DNA of 64,000 bases from a virus. Taxonomy: Duplodnaviria > Caudoviricetes. A program made the position numbers and the translations under genes. The notes beneath the pieces are model-generated. The model saw only the letters and a program-made list of their open reading frames with translations. It had not been told where the DNA came from and made no database searches. The stretch is from positions 2,145 to 66,144 of IMG/VR virus record IMGVR_UViG_3300033571_014797. One strand, given 5' to 3'. Shown here piece after piece: positions 10,439-20,197 of this stretch; within the stretch, counting starts at the first letter, position 1, and each line of letters starts with the position of its first letter.

Positions 10439-11460
10439 AAAGCGTTTTTCATCAGCGTAACTTCAGCGGTACGCTTCCAGTTCATCGGCATAGTCTTACG
10501 CAGATCAGCCAGCTTGACCGCACAACGCAAGCTCATTTCACGCAAACGAGTCTGATTAGAGATCATAAACTCCAGGATCTCGTCACTTTCGCCGTTCTCA
10601 AAACGATAGTCTTTGAACAGCTCACCGCTCAAAGCAATCTGTTTGATGCGCAGATACTTGTCACGCATAGTATTCATCGTAAGATCGATATAGTGGCTAC
10701 GCGACTCAAGCGCACTCAAATGATCCTTAAGCTTCTGACTGCGGATCGTTTCAAATTTGATATTCGTAATAAAGATTGCAGCACCTTTGAAGTCAAACTT
10801 GTTAGGAATGCCTTCACGCTGGAGAAGCTTGCTGTCACTGTTCCAGTGAATAGTACGCTTCTTGTTAGTGTCCAACGCTGCCTTGAGAATGTTCAGCGAC
10901 AGCTCGTCCATGAGGATCGAATCGCAGTCGTCGAACACAAGCACGTCGCCTTCGCGGCTGTATTCATACAGCTTGGCATAGAGACCCAATGCAGTGGTCG
11001 CACCCTTGACCACTTCGAATCGAATGTCTCCTTGCATTAGGTTAAACAAATTAGCTTCTTCTAGCTTCTTGACTACACCGTAGCTCTTACCAACGCCTGG
11101 CGGACCAACAACAATCATTGAACGCACAACACCTTCAACAACTGCCTGCGTCATTGAGTCCATAATATCAAATCGCTCACCAATGCGAGCCATTACTTCT
11201 TCGTCAGTTTCTTCTTTCTTGGGTTGCGTAGGCACTGCTGCAATCTCAGTGGTTCCGCCTACAATCTCAAAATCTGCTGTACTATCAACAAGCACACGAA
11301 TGCGATCACGACCAGGTATAACCTCGCTTGCATCCACTGTAAGGAACGAACCCTTGTTGCCTTCAGTTAAACCCTTAACGAGGGGAAACACTGTATTCTC
11401 AATAGGCGCATTACGATAAGAGCCCTTTTTAATAAGCACATTAGCCATTTGGAACCTCAT
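10435..11460 (-). CDS. AAA+-type ATPase
   Basis: GPPGVGKS Walker A, VLVFDDCD Walker B, IFITN sensor. Confidence 0.8.
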   Translation of the reverse strand: MRFQMANVLIKKGSYRNAPIENTVFPLVKGLTEGNKGSFLTVDASEVIPGRDRIRVLVDSTADFEIVGGTTEIAAVPTQPKKEETDEEVMARIGERFDIMDSMTQAVVEGVVRSMIVVGPPGVGKSYGVVKKLEEANLFNLMQGDIRFEVVKGATTALGLYAKLYEYSREGDVLVFDDCDSILMDELSLNILKAALDTNKKRTIHWNSDSKLLQREGIPNKFDFKGAAIFITNIKFETIRSQKLKDHLSALESRSHYIDLTMNTMRDKYLRIKQIALSGELFKDYRFENGESDEILEFMISNQTRLREMSLRCAVKLADLRKTMPMNWKRTAEVTLMKNAF

Positions 11461-11503
11461 TGCATTGGAGTATGTTTATATATTAGCATAGCCTGCTGGT
11501 AAG

Positions 11504-11752
11504 TCAACATGCTTTTTGAAAAAAAGCATCTACTAGATCCTTAAGATCTTCGTCCAACATACAATAAGCAGCTGGATCGTTTACTGCATCCACAAAGTCT
11601 TCAAAATCCAACTCATCAAGTTCGATTGCAAGCAGATTCAGAAACTGTTCGCGTTCACTCATTTTGGACTTCAAAAAATCCACGTAGATAACATTGTCCA
11701 AAAAGTTGTCAACTTCATGCTTTTCAAACGTCATGTCATTCTCCTTTGACAT
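11504..11752 (-). CDS. Acidic hypothetical protein
   Basis: ORF with AGGAG RBS. Confidence 0.55.
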   Translation of the reverse strand: MSKENDMTFEKHEVDNFLDNVIYVDFLKSKMSEREQFLNLLAIELDELDFEDFVDAVNDPAAYCMLDEDLKDLVDAFFQKAC

Positions 11753-12078
11753 TATGCGCCACGCTTGTCAGAGTTGAGCACCGGCTTCATTTTGCGGATG
11801 AGCTCGCGCTCGTAATTATGTGCTTCGGTCTTGCCACGCACAGTAGCGAGAACAGAGAACTCAAGGTCCTCCTTGCAGTCCAACTTGCGAAGCTCTTTGC
11901 AAAGCAACCAGTTGAGACCTTCGGTTTGAGCGCGATAGAAATGCTTGGCGATACGACTACGCACACTCTTGAGTACAGTACTCTGCGTCTTAGCAGTGAC
12001 CCCAATGTAGAGCTTACGCCCTACGGAGATCTGGTACACAATGTGGGTTCGATCAGTGCGCTTCTTTCTCTGCATCAT
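11752..12078 (-). CDS. GIY-YIG-like domain protein
   Basis: IVYQI...LYIGVT...H...YERELI...LN. Confidence 0.6.
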   Translation of the reverse strand: MMQRKKRTDRTHIVYQISVGRKLYIGVTAKTQSTVLKSVRSRIAKHFYRAQTEGLNWLLCKELRKLDCKEDLEFSVLATVRGKTEAHNYERELIRKMKPVLNSDKRGA

Positions 12079-12141
12079 ACTACTATAATATGCTCAAAAT
12101 AGGATACGTCAACCTGAATTTTTGTAACATTTTGTGTTACA
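12079..12141 (-). promoter_or_regulatory. Sigma70-like early promoter with upstream TGTAAC-N7-GTTACA palindrome
   Basis: Minus strand GGTTGACgtATCCTATTTTGAGCATATTATAGT, nearly identical to 50912-50944. Confidence 0.7.
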
Positions 12142-12158
12142 AAAAATTTCAATGAAAA

Positions 12159-12190
12159 CAAGGGGTTAGCGAGTAGGTACTAACCCCTTG
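12159..12190. terminator. Hairpin, possible terminator
   Basis: CAAGGGGTTAG-N10-CTAACCCCTTG. Confidence 0.45.
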
Positions 12191-12196
12191 AAATTG

Positions 12197-12490
12197 TTAA
12201 ATTTTTAGCAAGCGTTTTGCACGTTTGAACTCAAAAGTAGCAGCTTGCAAGTCAAAATTTGGATGTTTGTACATATAGTCACGCTTACGCTCGGCAATTT
12301 GCATTGCAGCTAGCAATACATACCTTTCCTCACGAGTTACATTTGTAAGCAATTTGGACATCTCTGTAAGATCTAAGCTATACTCTATCCATTTTTCTGT
12401 TGCTTTTATTTTGCTATACAGACTCTTTCCCTCATATTTAGGGCTATGCTTTGGGTATTTGGACGCAAACATAGCAGCAGAATTAAACAT
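12197..12490 (-). CDS. Hypothetical protein
   Basis: ORF with GGAG RBS and an upstream GGTTGAC promoter. Confidence 0.6.
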   Translation of the reverse strand: MFNSAAMFASKYPKHSPKYEGKSLYSKIKATEKWIEYSLDLTEMSKLLTNVTREERYVLLAAMQIAERKRDYMYKHPNFDLQAATFEFKRAKRLLKI

Positions 12491-12577
12491 GTTGCATCTC
12501 CGTTAGCATGGAACATAGATAATAGCACATATTAGCCCCTCGTCAACCATAAATAATTGAGCAAAAAGGGTCAAACT

Positions 12578-13006
12578 ATGAAAAAATTGACCAATACTCA
12601 AAGAAGATTAATGTCGCACAAAGCGATGGCGTTATTTCGTGCTCATCTTTTCAAAAGAAATAAACGACTTGATTCATCAATTACAGTTGAAATTAAATTT
12701 GTAAAATTGGATGATGCTTGGGGTGTATGTGATAATCACGATGTTGGAATTAAACCAAAAGAATTTACCATTTATATCAATCGTGATTTAAAGTTGGAAA
12801 AAGACGTTATTACAACAGTAGCACACGAAATGGTTCATGTTTGGCAGTATGCAACTGGTAAATTTAGAGACTATGCTGGGCCTGCACATAGATATGAAGA
12901 TTACATATATGATGCAAATATGGCTTACAGAGATATGCCCTGGGAGATTGAAGCTAGAAAATTTGAAAAGATTTTGTATAAATTGTGGGCGAAAAACAAT
13001 ACATAA
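12578..13006 (+). CDS. SprT-like zinc metallopeptidase domain protein
   Basis: TVAHEMVHVWQ (HExxH), PWEIEA. Confidence 0.7.
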   Translation: MKKLTNTQRRLMSHKAMALFRAHLFKRNKRLDSSITVEIKFVKLDDAWGVCDNHDVGIKPKEFTIYINRDLKLEKDVITTVAHEMVHVWQYATGKFRDYAGPAHRYEDYIYDANMAYRDMPWEIEARKFEKILYKLWAKNNT

Positions 13007-13098
13007 ATCTTATAAAGAACTATATAGTTTTAACGCTAAAGAAAATTTTGACTGTTAACGCTTTAACTGATAAACATCCGGTACAGTGAAGGAACAGT

Positions 13099-13827
13099 TT
13101 AAACTTCGCCCATCCAAAATACCAATGTAAGCCTACTGAAATCAAAAAAACTATCTACAGGATGGTAAGCAGTATGAAAATAATTTGAAGGGAAGATTAT
13201 TAACCTATTGCTTACCATCTCTGCATAGTCTGTCATTTGCCAAACTTTTCCTTCAGTATCATTGTTCCAATAATCAACTCCATTATGATGTAAGTTAGGT
13301 TTTTCTAATAATAACTCGCCCAACATGTTACTGTTACTTTCAAATTGAGTTGTTGGTTTGTATTTAAAAAATGCAGTGCCTCCACTACATTGATTGGGTT
13401 GATTTAGAAACAACAAACAAGTAAAAGATTGCTTTTCTGTTGTTTGATCAGTATGCACTATATTAAAATCGTTTTTACGTTTAGCTATTTGCTGAAACAC
13501 ATTTACTTCTATAGAACCAAATAATAAATCAGTTTCCTTATTAAAATAATGTTTAATAGATTCATATGCTAGTTCTAACAGTTGATTACTAGCGATAACA
13601 GGATATCTCAGTCTACCTTCTTTATAATCAATAAAATTGCGACTATTAGCTGTATTTTTCCAATCAGCTGCCGGGGAAGTAGACATAATATCGTATAATT
13701 TGTTATAGTCTTGAAGTACATTATCAACAGTAAGTAGTGTCATATTACTTTCAGCGCATTGACGACTTTGAACTGTTATTTCAGTGTTGATGTTTAATAA
13801 ATTTTGCAATCTGAATATTTGATTCAT
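13099..13827 (-). CDS. 2OG-Fe(II) oxygenase-like protein
   Basis: HTD...GGTAF...NRLIIFP..FH...RLT. Confidence 0.75.
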   Translation of the reverse strand: MNQIFRLQNLLNINTEITVQSRQCAESNMTLLTVDNVLQDYNKLYDIMSTSPAADWKNTANSRNFIDYKEGRLRYPVIASNQLLELAYESIKHYFNKETDLLFGSIEVNVFQQIAKRKNDFNIVHTDQTTEKQSFTCLLFLNQPNQCSGGTAFFKYKPTTQFESNSNMLGELLLEKPNLHHNGVDYWNNDTEGKVWQMTDYAEMVSNRLIIFPSNYFHTAYHPVDSFFDFSRLTLVFWMGEV

Positions 13828-13889
13828 ACTTTATATTATATGTTCTAGATTTCAAATCTCATAAATATAAGAACAAATCAGGATTTATT

Positions 13890-14687
13890 ATGACTATAAA
13901 ACCCAGTGGTTCATCTCTTACACTTACTGAAATTGACAATGAATTTGGTTTAGGAACTTCGTTAGGAGTGATGAGAGGTGTTACTTGGTATCTAGATAAT
14001 GTAACAACTACAGGAACCTTTGCATCTAGCAACTTAAAGTTTAGTGATTTTTATAGTAAAAAATCTGGAGATCCTGCTGGTTCTGGTACTACTACTTACT
14101 CCACACCTGGCAGTTTTACTTTTACTGTTCCACTGTTTAGAACTAACATTGTGATTGATGCGTGGGGAGCAGGCGGAGCACAGTTAGCAGATGGCGGAGA
14201 TACTTCTGCAACAGCCACTGGATTAAATCTTAATGCTGGTGGCGGCAAAGGGGGCGGCGGCGGTGGCAGACGTACTACTAGCCCAGGAGGAATTGGAGGT
14301 ACTGCTACAGGTGGAGATATCAATGAGCCGGGTGAAGCAGGCGGCACTGGAGGCACTAACCGGGGCGGCAATGCAGGCGGCCAAGCATACGGCGGCGGCA
14401 CTGGCGGATCTGCAGGAGCTGATAATGGAGCTTGCGGAAATAATCCAGGAGGAAATGGCACTAGTCCTGGTGGTGGCGCAGGCGGCGACAGAGGTGTAGA
14501 TTGCAGTAAAAACCCTGGCTGGAGCTATGCTGGCGGAGGAGGAGGCGGGGGCTTCGTAAGAAAAACATTAGCCTCAGGTGTATTAAGTGCTGGCTCATCG
14601 GTGTCAGTAACTGTAGGGGCAGGATGTCCAGATAGCGGTCAAGGCGGCAGTAGCGGTAACGGACAAGTAAAGATTACATGGAGCTAA
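13890..14687 (+). CDS. Glycine-rich tail fibre/appendage-like protein
   Basis: MTIKPSG..L.L..I..EFG N-terminus; WGAGG and GGGGG repeats ending G.V.ITW. Confidence 0.65.
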   Translation: MTIKPSGSSLTLTEIDNEFGLGTSLGVMRGVTWYLDNVTTTGTFASSNLKFSDFYSKKSGDPAGSGTTTYSTPGSFTFTVPLFRTNIVIDAWGAGGAQLADGGDTSATATGLNLNAGGGKGGGGGGRRTTSPGGIGGTATGGDINEPGEAGGTGGTNRGGNAGGQAYGGGTGGSAGADNGACGNNPGGNGTSPGGGAGGDRGVDCSKNPGWSYAGGGGGGGFVRKTLASGVLSAGSSVSVTVGAGCPDSGQGGSSGNGQVKITWS

Positions 14688-14688
14688 A

Positions 14689-15222
14689 ATGTTTTTTAAA
14701 AAATTTGAAAATAGCGAACCAGTTGGAGATTTAATTAAAGAACAGAATCTGCGTCATGTATTATTTGATGTTGATTTTGATAAGAATCCACCGGCAGCAT
14801 TTTGGGAGACAAAAGGATACTGTGTAGTAATTGTAACCGATAAACCGGTAACAACTCCTTATCAAGTGGCAGTTGAAAACTTAACTAAAAACGAAGATAA
14901 CACTTGGCAGCAGAATTGGCAAATAGTAGATGTATCAGAAAATGAAAGACAAAGAATTTTTGATGAACAACTTAAAAAGGTAAAAGATCATCAAAAAGAA
15001 TTGCTAGACAATTATGCTGCTCAATTAGCTGATCCAGACGAAACTCCAACTGAATTAATGGTTATTCAGCATTGGATTGATGCTACAAATGCTATGGATC
15101 TGTCAGACCCGTTTAACGTAAAATGGCCAGATCTAGACACTGTTGCACCTAAAATGAATGACTTATTAATTGTAGAACGACAAATTCCAGAATCAAATTT
15201 AACGACTGTAAGGACAATATAA
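14689..15222 (+). CDS. Tail fibre assembly chaperone-like protein
   Basis: Follows the fibre gene; WQQNWQIV and PFNVKWP motifs. Confidence 0.55.
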   Translation: MFFKKFENSEPVGDLIKEQNLRHVLFDVDFDKNPPAAFWETKGYCVVIVTDKPVTTPYQVAVENLTKNEDNTWQQNWQIVDVSENERQRIFDEQLKKVKDHQKELLDNYAAQLADPDETPTELMVIQHWIDATNAMDLSDPFNVKWPDLDTVAPKMNDLLIVERQIPESNLTTVRTI

Positions 15223-15746
15223 TGGCAATCAGTTACGGCGGCAGCAACGCCTTCAAAAATAATAATATCAATGTCCATACAACAATATACGGGCAAGCGG
15301 GTGATTCATCTACTAGAATTTTGAAAAATCCAGGCTTAACGGCTGAAGACTATGCTCGTCGACACTATGTTGTTAGCGGAGGTTTTAAAGCAAGTTATCC
15401 AAATAGCAATGTTATGGACGAAACTGGCATGGTAGGTACAGTATGGCCGTTCAATGAGTACAAAGAAGTTGAATCTTTTATTATTACTGCGTTGGAAGAC
15501 AATTCATCATATCATTGTATAACACCAGTTGGTCCATATCATGTTGAACATGAAAAATATAATCTAAAAGCTGGTGAAACTTTTAATGTTTATAAAGGTA
15601 ATATCTACTTGTCAACAGCAGATTTCACAGTTAATGGATATGTTCACACAGCAGGAGCAGTGCTAGGTTGCGAAAATAATGACGCAACCATAACAATGAA
15701 TGCCGACGGGCTAATTACACGTTTTTGGGCTGTTTGCGATCTTTAA
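15222..15746 (+). CDS. Hypothetical protein
   Basis: Coupled ORF. Confidence 0.55.
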   Translation: MAISYGGSNAFKNNNINVHTTIYGQAGDSSTRILKNPGLTAEDYARRHYVVSGGFKASYPNSNVMDETGMVGTVWPFNEYKEVESFIITALEDNSSYHCITPVGPYHVEHEKYNLKAGETFNVYKGNIYLSTADFTVNGYVHTAGAVLGCENNDATITMNADGLITRFWAVCDL

Positions 15747-16432
15747 TCAGTTCGATAAAGTTCACTGGGATATGGTTTAGTGTAATGATCGCCGCCTATT
15801 TCAAAACTACGAGCTATTTCAAAAGCATTCGGCTCGCCGCTACCAATCCAAGCTTCATGATCAAATCGCCAATGTCCGTGGCCTTTAAATTGTGTAGCAT
15901 TATGTGAAATTAGTTTATGTGGATGTATTAGTGGAACTAATTTTGCAATATATTCACTTCTTGCCCACCAAAAATTACTGGAGTGATGAGGCCAGGGCTC
16001 AGATTCCCAGTTTGGACCTGAAGTATCATGTGTTTGTAGAGCTTTAACATTATCACTCCAGCGTTCTATTACACACCAATTAAGCCAAGATTTCCAATCT
16101 TCAACATTAGGATTGCCCCAACGAGTAAGGCCTTTAAGATGTATATAACATATATCAAATGGTTCTGCTGCTTCTTTTGCAACTTTTTGCATGTATGTTA
16201 AACCAGGATATTCAAATAAAGCAGCACTTTCGCTTACCATTTGTAGTCTAACGTTTTCTCTTTTATTATTCAGTAAGGTTTGAAAAGTTCGCTGTCTGCC
16301 ATTGCCTAATAGAATAATTTCATCAGCAGCATCTAGTAATTTACTAGATTCCATACATTCCCATTGTTGCTTAAAAACTTTATCCCAGTTAGCTAGTTCG
16401 TTGATATTCCAAAATACTTTGATTTTTCTCAT
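15743..16432 (-). CDS. Hypothetical, glycosyltransferase-like fold possible
   Basis: YIHLKG...NFWWA...E.WIG pattern; ATG of MRKIK chosen as start. Confidence 0.55.
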   Translation of the reverse strand: MRKIKVFWNINELANWDKVFKQQWECMESSKLLDAADEIILLGNGRQRTFQTLLNNKRENVRLQMVSESAALFEYPGLTYMQKVAKEAAEPFDICYIHLKGLTRWGNPNVEDWKSWLNWCVIERWSDNVKALQTHDTSGPNWESEPWPHHSSNFWWARSEYIAKLVPLIHPHKLISHNATQFKGHGHWRFDHEAWIGSGEPNAFEIARSFEIGGDHYTKPYPSELYRTD

Positions 16433-16522
16433 ATGTTTCTCTTTGTTAATGTACAAGCAGGGAGCTATTGGTCGCAACCTTTAGCGGGGTCATTTTGTTT
16501 ATTGAATCCCGCTTGTAAACTT

Positions 16523-16596
16523 TGGTGGAGAATAAGAGAGTCGAACTCTTGACTGAAGCTTGCAAAGCTACCGTTATCCCGTTTAACTAATTCCCC
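16523..16596 (-). tRNA. tRNA-Ala(TGC), solitary
   Basis: Cloverleaf GGGGAAT..TT TGC AA..TTCGA..ATTCTCC ACCA; G3:U70. Confidence 0.85.
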
Positions 16597-16610
16597 GTTT
16601 TTATTATATA

Positions 16611-16901
16611 TCATTTAGGAGTAGTACCTTCAATAATGTTAGATGTCCTGCGTTCTTCTATACGATCTATTAGATCGTCATAAAATCCTAATTCTTCCGC
16701 TATTTGTAATGTATTATTGTCGCGTTCTTGTCTTATAATAGAAAGCACAGTTCTTAGTTCTTTATCAATAAGTTCCATATTTCTAAATGCATAAAATTCT
16801 TTCATTAATCTAACCATGTTTCGAACAACATAAATTAGACATCCTAACATACCGATGTTTATCAGCAGCAACCACATATCCATTACTGTAATAAATTTCA
16901 T
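16611..16901 (-). CDS. Hypothetical membrane protein
   Basis: N-terminal transmembrane helix. Confidence 0.55.
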   Translation of the reverse strand: MKFITVMDMWLLLINIGMLGCLIYVVRNMVRLMKEFYAFRNMELIDKELRTVLSIIRQERDNNTLQIAEELGFYDDLIDRIEERRTSNIIEGTTPK

Positions 16902-16902
16902 T

Positions 16903-17127
16903 TTAATTTTCCATAAAATAAGTTTTACGTACAGGCGAATAATCTTTTATAGCTTCCTGAACAGCTTTATTAAAATGTTCTCTCATTTTTTCTTTAGCTG
17001 GTTCGACTCGTTCTGTTAAAATTTTATTCATTAAGTTAACATTGCTGTATTTTTCTTCTTGCCACATGTCATCTCTAGCATCAACAAAGTCTTCCAGTGC
17101 TTGTAAAAAATTATTAAAATGATCCAT
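16903..17127 (-). CDS. Hypothetical protein
   Basis: ORF with AAGGA RBS. Confidence 0.55.
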   Translation of the reverse strand: MDHFNNFLQALEDFVDARDDMWQEEKYSNVNLMNKILTERVEPAKEKMREHFNKAVQEAIKDYSPVRKTYFMEN

Positions 17128-17174
17128 TGTGCATCCTTTGTTAATTTAATTATAACATTTTATGATTTACAGTC

Positions 17175-17205
17175 AAAAAAAAGGTGTAGTTACCTACACC
17201 TTTTT
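17175..17205. terminator. Bidirectional intrinsic terminator
   Basis: A8-GGTGTAG ttac CTACACC-T5. Confidence 0.7.
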
Positions 17206-17225
17206 CTATTAAATTCTAAGTAATA

Positions 17226-17810
17226 TTAGAACTTGTAGTTAGCACCAAATGTTGCAACGTTGTTGTTGCTAAACTTTGTACCACTAACAGCATCAATCCA
17301 GCGATAACGAGCATCAAGCTCTACACTGTTTGTGATGTTGTAACGTACACCTGCGCCAACGTTGTAAAGAGCTTTTGCATCGTCAGTCCATGATGATGCG
17401 CCTTTACCCCAAGCATTGAATCCAGCACCAACACCTGCTAGTGCATATGGAGTGAATGATGTACCTGGAATACCAAACTGTAGAATTGCATTAGCAAATG
17501 CTGTTTGGCCTGTTTGAGTAGTTGTTGGTGTTTGCTTTGTTGTGTAATCAAAAGTGGCTTCTGTACGTACATAACGATTCCACTCGTAACCTGCCACACC
17601 ACCAAAAGTGAATGGGCTTGTGCTCCAAGTGTAATCAGCTACTTGGCCGAAATTCTGACCAACATATCCGCCTACATAAACACCATTCAATCCAAACACA
17701 CTTGTTGAAACTGCTGGAGCAGATGCTGCCTTCTTGGAAGGTAAATCAGCAGCGGTAGCGACTGATAGGCCTGCCACTAGGGCAAACAATGCTATAATAA
17801 GTTTCTTCAT
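17226..17810 (-). CDS. Outer-membrane beta-barrel protein (Omp25/RopB/OmpA-like)
   Basis: Signal peptide then AADLPSKKA; G.YVG; PYALAGVG; C-terminal GANYKF. Confidence 0.85.
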   Translation of the reverse strand: MKKLIIALFALVAGLSVATAADLPSKKAASAPAVSTSVFGLNGVYVGGYVGQNFGQVADYTWSTSPFTFGGVAGYEWNRYVRTEATFDYTTKQTPTTTQTGQTAFANAILQFGIPGTSFTPYALAGVGAGFNAWGKGASSWTDDAKALYNVGAGVRYNITNSVELDARYRWIDAVSGTKFSNNNVATFGANYKF

Positions 17811-17953
17811 TTTTATTTCCTTTTTGTTAAAACACTGAATTTAAAAATTCAGCTAGGTTGTTAAAATATACTAGCTTGTGATCATAATTGAAATGCACAA
17901 ACAACCGTATATTATTTATCTATAATAAACTTAAACTTAGTAAAAATCAAGAA

Positions 17954-18697
17954 TTATAAAGCTACTATATATTGTGATCGATCTAGCCATTCTACTACAA
18001 GTTGTGTCTCATTAAAATTTCCCGTGCCATATATACTTTCTTCTAAACATAAAGGCAATAATTTTAAGTCAATCATCTCATACCAGTTCATATTAGGCTT
18101 GGGTTTTCTATTTGATTTATAGACTGCTGCATGAATCCAGCCACGATCTTTATCAATTTTAAAGTGTCCATCTTTACAGTCAAAACCACACGCTATCAAC
18201 ATCATCATTAAACTGCCTAAACTAAAGTTAAAATAAGCCGCATTTTGATGGAAGATTTCTGCGGTCATATTGTCTTTAATATTAACACAACTAAAGTTAT
18301 AAGGCACAGCAATAACTAACATTCCATCTAAAGTTAATATATCATGCCAGTGCATTAAAGTATGCATTGGACTTATACTATATTGTAGACTATTATGTGA
18401 CCAAATTAAATTTTGACTGTTGGGATTTATACCAGTATCGCTATAGTCGCGTTTAATATAAGTTATGTTAGGGTCTTTAGGTAGACCTACGTCAGGCAAA
18501 TTTATATCTACTGCTGTTACTTTAAGATTTCGAGGAGAATCATCTTCGGTTCTTTTTAATCTAGCCCACCAAGCAGCATCTAAGCCAGGATTACAACCCA
18601 TATCAGTTACAGATTTAATGTTGTTCATAAAATCTTGATACCTGTTTAATATATCTAATGTTTCTAGGCTGTGATTATATGATTCTAAACTGTCCAT
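17954..18697 (-). CDS. SAM-dependent methyltransferase-like protein
   Basis: VTDMGCNPG motif I; L..DGMLVIAVP. Confidence 0.7.
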   Translation of the reverse strand: MDSLESYNHSLETLDILNRYQDFMNNIKSVTDMGCNPGLDAAWWARLKRTEDDSPRNLKVTAVDINLPDVGLPKDPNITYIKRDYSDTGINPNSQNLIWSHNSLQYSISPMHTLMHWHDILTLDGMLVIAVPYNFSCVNIKDNMTAEIFHQNAAYFNFSLGSLMMMLIACGFDCKDGHFKIDKDRGWIHAAVYKSNRKPKPNMNWYEMIDLKLLPLCLEESIYGTGNFNETQLVVEWLDRSQYIVAL

Positions 18698-19339
18698 TTA
18701 TTCTTTCCACCAATTTAATTTTAGTATGCTATTGTCGCCATATTTCATACCGTTTGTATAATTGTTTATTTTATCTAATATTCTATTTGGATATAAATCT
18801 ATATGATTAATATCTTTTATGAATACACTAACAAAATCTTTCCAAATATCATCATCTTTATCGCCTACAAATGACTCCAGCAGATGACATTTATTAAAAC
18901 CATATATCCTTGCCCATTCAGCTAAAGCCATACCCGCATCAGGATAAAATCTCCAACAATCAACAGGCCATCGATGAAACTCTCCGTTACTGGGAGCTTG
19001 CATGTAAAACAAGCCACTTGGTTTCAAAACTCTTATAGCCTCAACAAAGTTCATCCAAAACAAACTAGAATGTTCAAAACAACTGCTACTGATTATAACG
19101 TCTACGGTATTATCTTCTATGGGAAGTTTATAAGGATGATCGACAATGTGATCAACGCCAGGTCCCGATACAAAATCATATCCAGTATAGGTAGCAGTAT
19201 CTGGTTTAAGATTTCTAATAGACCCTTGTACATCTTGACTGCCAACTTCTACTATGTTTAAATTGTCGGCTGTAATGTAAGTTTCGAAAAATAATCGAGC
19301 ATGATTCATTGCGCTTTTATGCATAGAAATATATATCAT
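18698..19339 (-). CDS. Methyltransferase (type 11-like)
   Basis: IVEVGS, SSSCFEH, RVLKPSG, PVDCWRF. Confidence 0.8.
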   Translation of the reverse strand: MIYISMHKSAMNHARLFFETYITADNLNIVEVGSQDVQGSIRNLKPDTATYTGYDFVSGPGVDHIVDHPYKLPIEDNTVDVIISSSCFEHSSLFWMNFVEAIRVLKPSGLFYMQAPSNGEFHRWPVDCWRFYPDAGMALAEWARIYGFNKCHLLESFVGDKDDDIWKDFVSVFIKDINHIDLYPNRILDKINNYTNGMKYGDNSILKLNWWKE

Positions 19340-19372
19340 TAATTTTATAGCTCGAAATTAATTTTATTAAGT

Positions 19373-20197
19373 ATGATTATGAAAATTGTGATTACCGGTT
19401 CAAATGGATTTATTGGCAGTTACTTAACTGCATATTTTAAAGAATATGGACACAGAGTATTTGAATGCAATCGATCTACTTTAGATCTATTAGACACAAA
19501 TGCTGTTGATAATTTTTTTAAAAAAGAGACTTTTGATATTGTTATACACACGGCATTGAGCGGTAGAGAAAATTTATATGAATTAAAACAGTCGTTTAAT
19601 CACGAAATTATTAAAAATAATTTAAAAATATGGGACAACTTAGTAAAAAATAGACACAGGTTTAAAAGATTAATTAATTTTGGGTCAGGTCATGAGTTTG
19701 ATATCGATAACGATATCAATTACGCTGAGGAAAAAGACATCTTTACTGTAGATGAACCAAAGTTTACTTACGGATGGGTTAAGAACTTTATTGCTAGAGA
19801 CATCCCTCAATATGAAGAATTTTATAATTTAAGACTATTTGGCGTATTTCATTATACGGAAAGTCCAAAAAGATTTTTTAGAAAAATTCAAACAAGAGCC
19901 AAACAAGATTTTCATATTGAAAATGATAAGTTTTTTGATTTTATAAACTTAGAAGATATTATTCCTATGATTGATATCATAATGAATGGACAAGCGAAAC
20001 ATCGCGATATTAACATGGTATATAATGAAAAATTTAAATTAAGTGATCATGCTAGATTATTCAACGACATCACTATGAGTCAATCTAATATTATTATAGA
20101 TAATATAAGTGATAAAAATTATACAGGTGATAGCAGTCGTTTTTATAGTTACAATACGCCTAAGCTAGGAATAGAGTTGGGATTTCTTAGATACTGA
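19373..20197 (+). CDS. NAD-dependent epimerase/dehydratase
   Basis: ITGSNGFIG; YGWVK (YxxxK). Confidence 0.82.
   Translation: MIMKIVITGSNGFIGSYLTAYFKEYGHRVFECNRSTLDLLDTNAVDNFFKKETFDIVIHTALSGRENLYELKQSFNHEIIKNNLKIWDNLVKNRHRFKRLINFGSGHEFDIDNDINYAEEKDIFTVDEPKFTYGWVKNFIARDIPQYEEFYNLRLFGVFHYTESPKRFFRKIQTRAKQDFHIENDKFFDFINLEDIIPMIDIIMNGQAKHRDINMVYNEKFKLSDHARLFNDITMSQSNIIIDNISDKNYTGDSSRFYSYNTPKLGIELGFLRY

Noticed and set aside
10351-11419. Long + strand ORFs antisense to the AAA ATPase
   Set aside because: Antisense shadows of a GC-richer gene whose motifs are on the minus strand.
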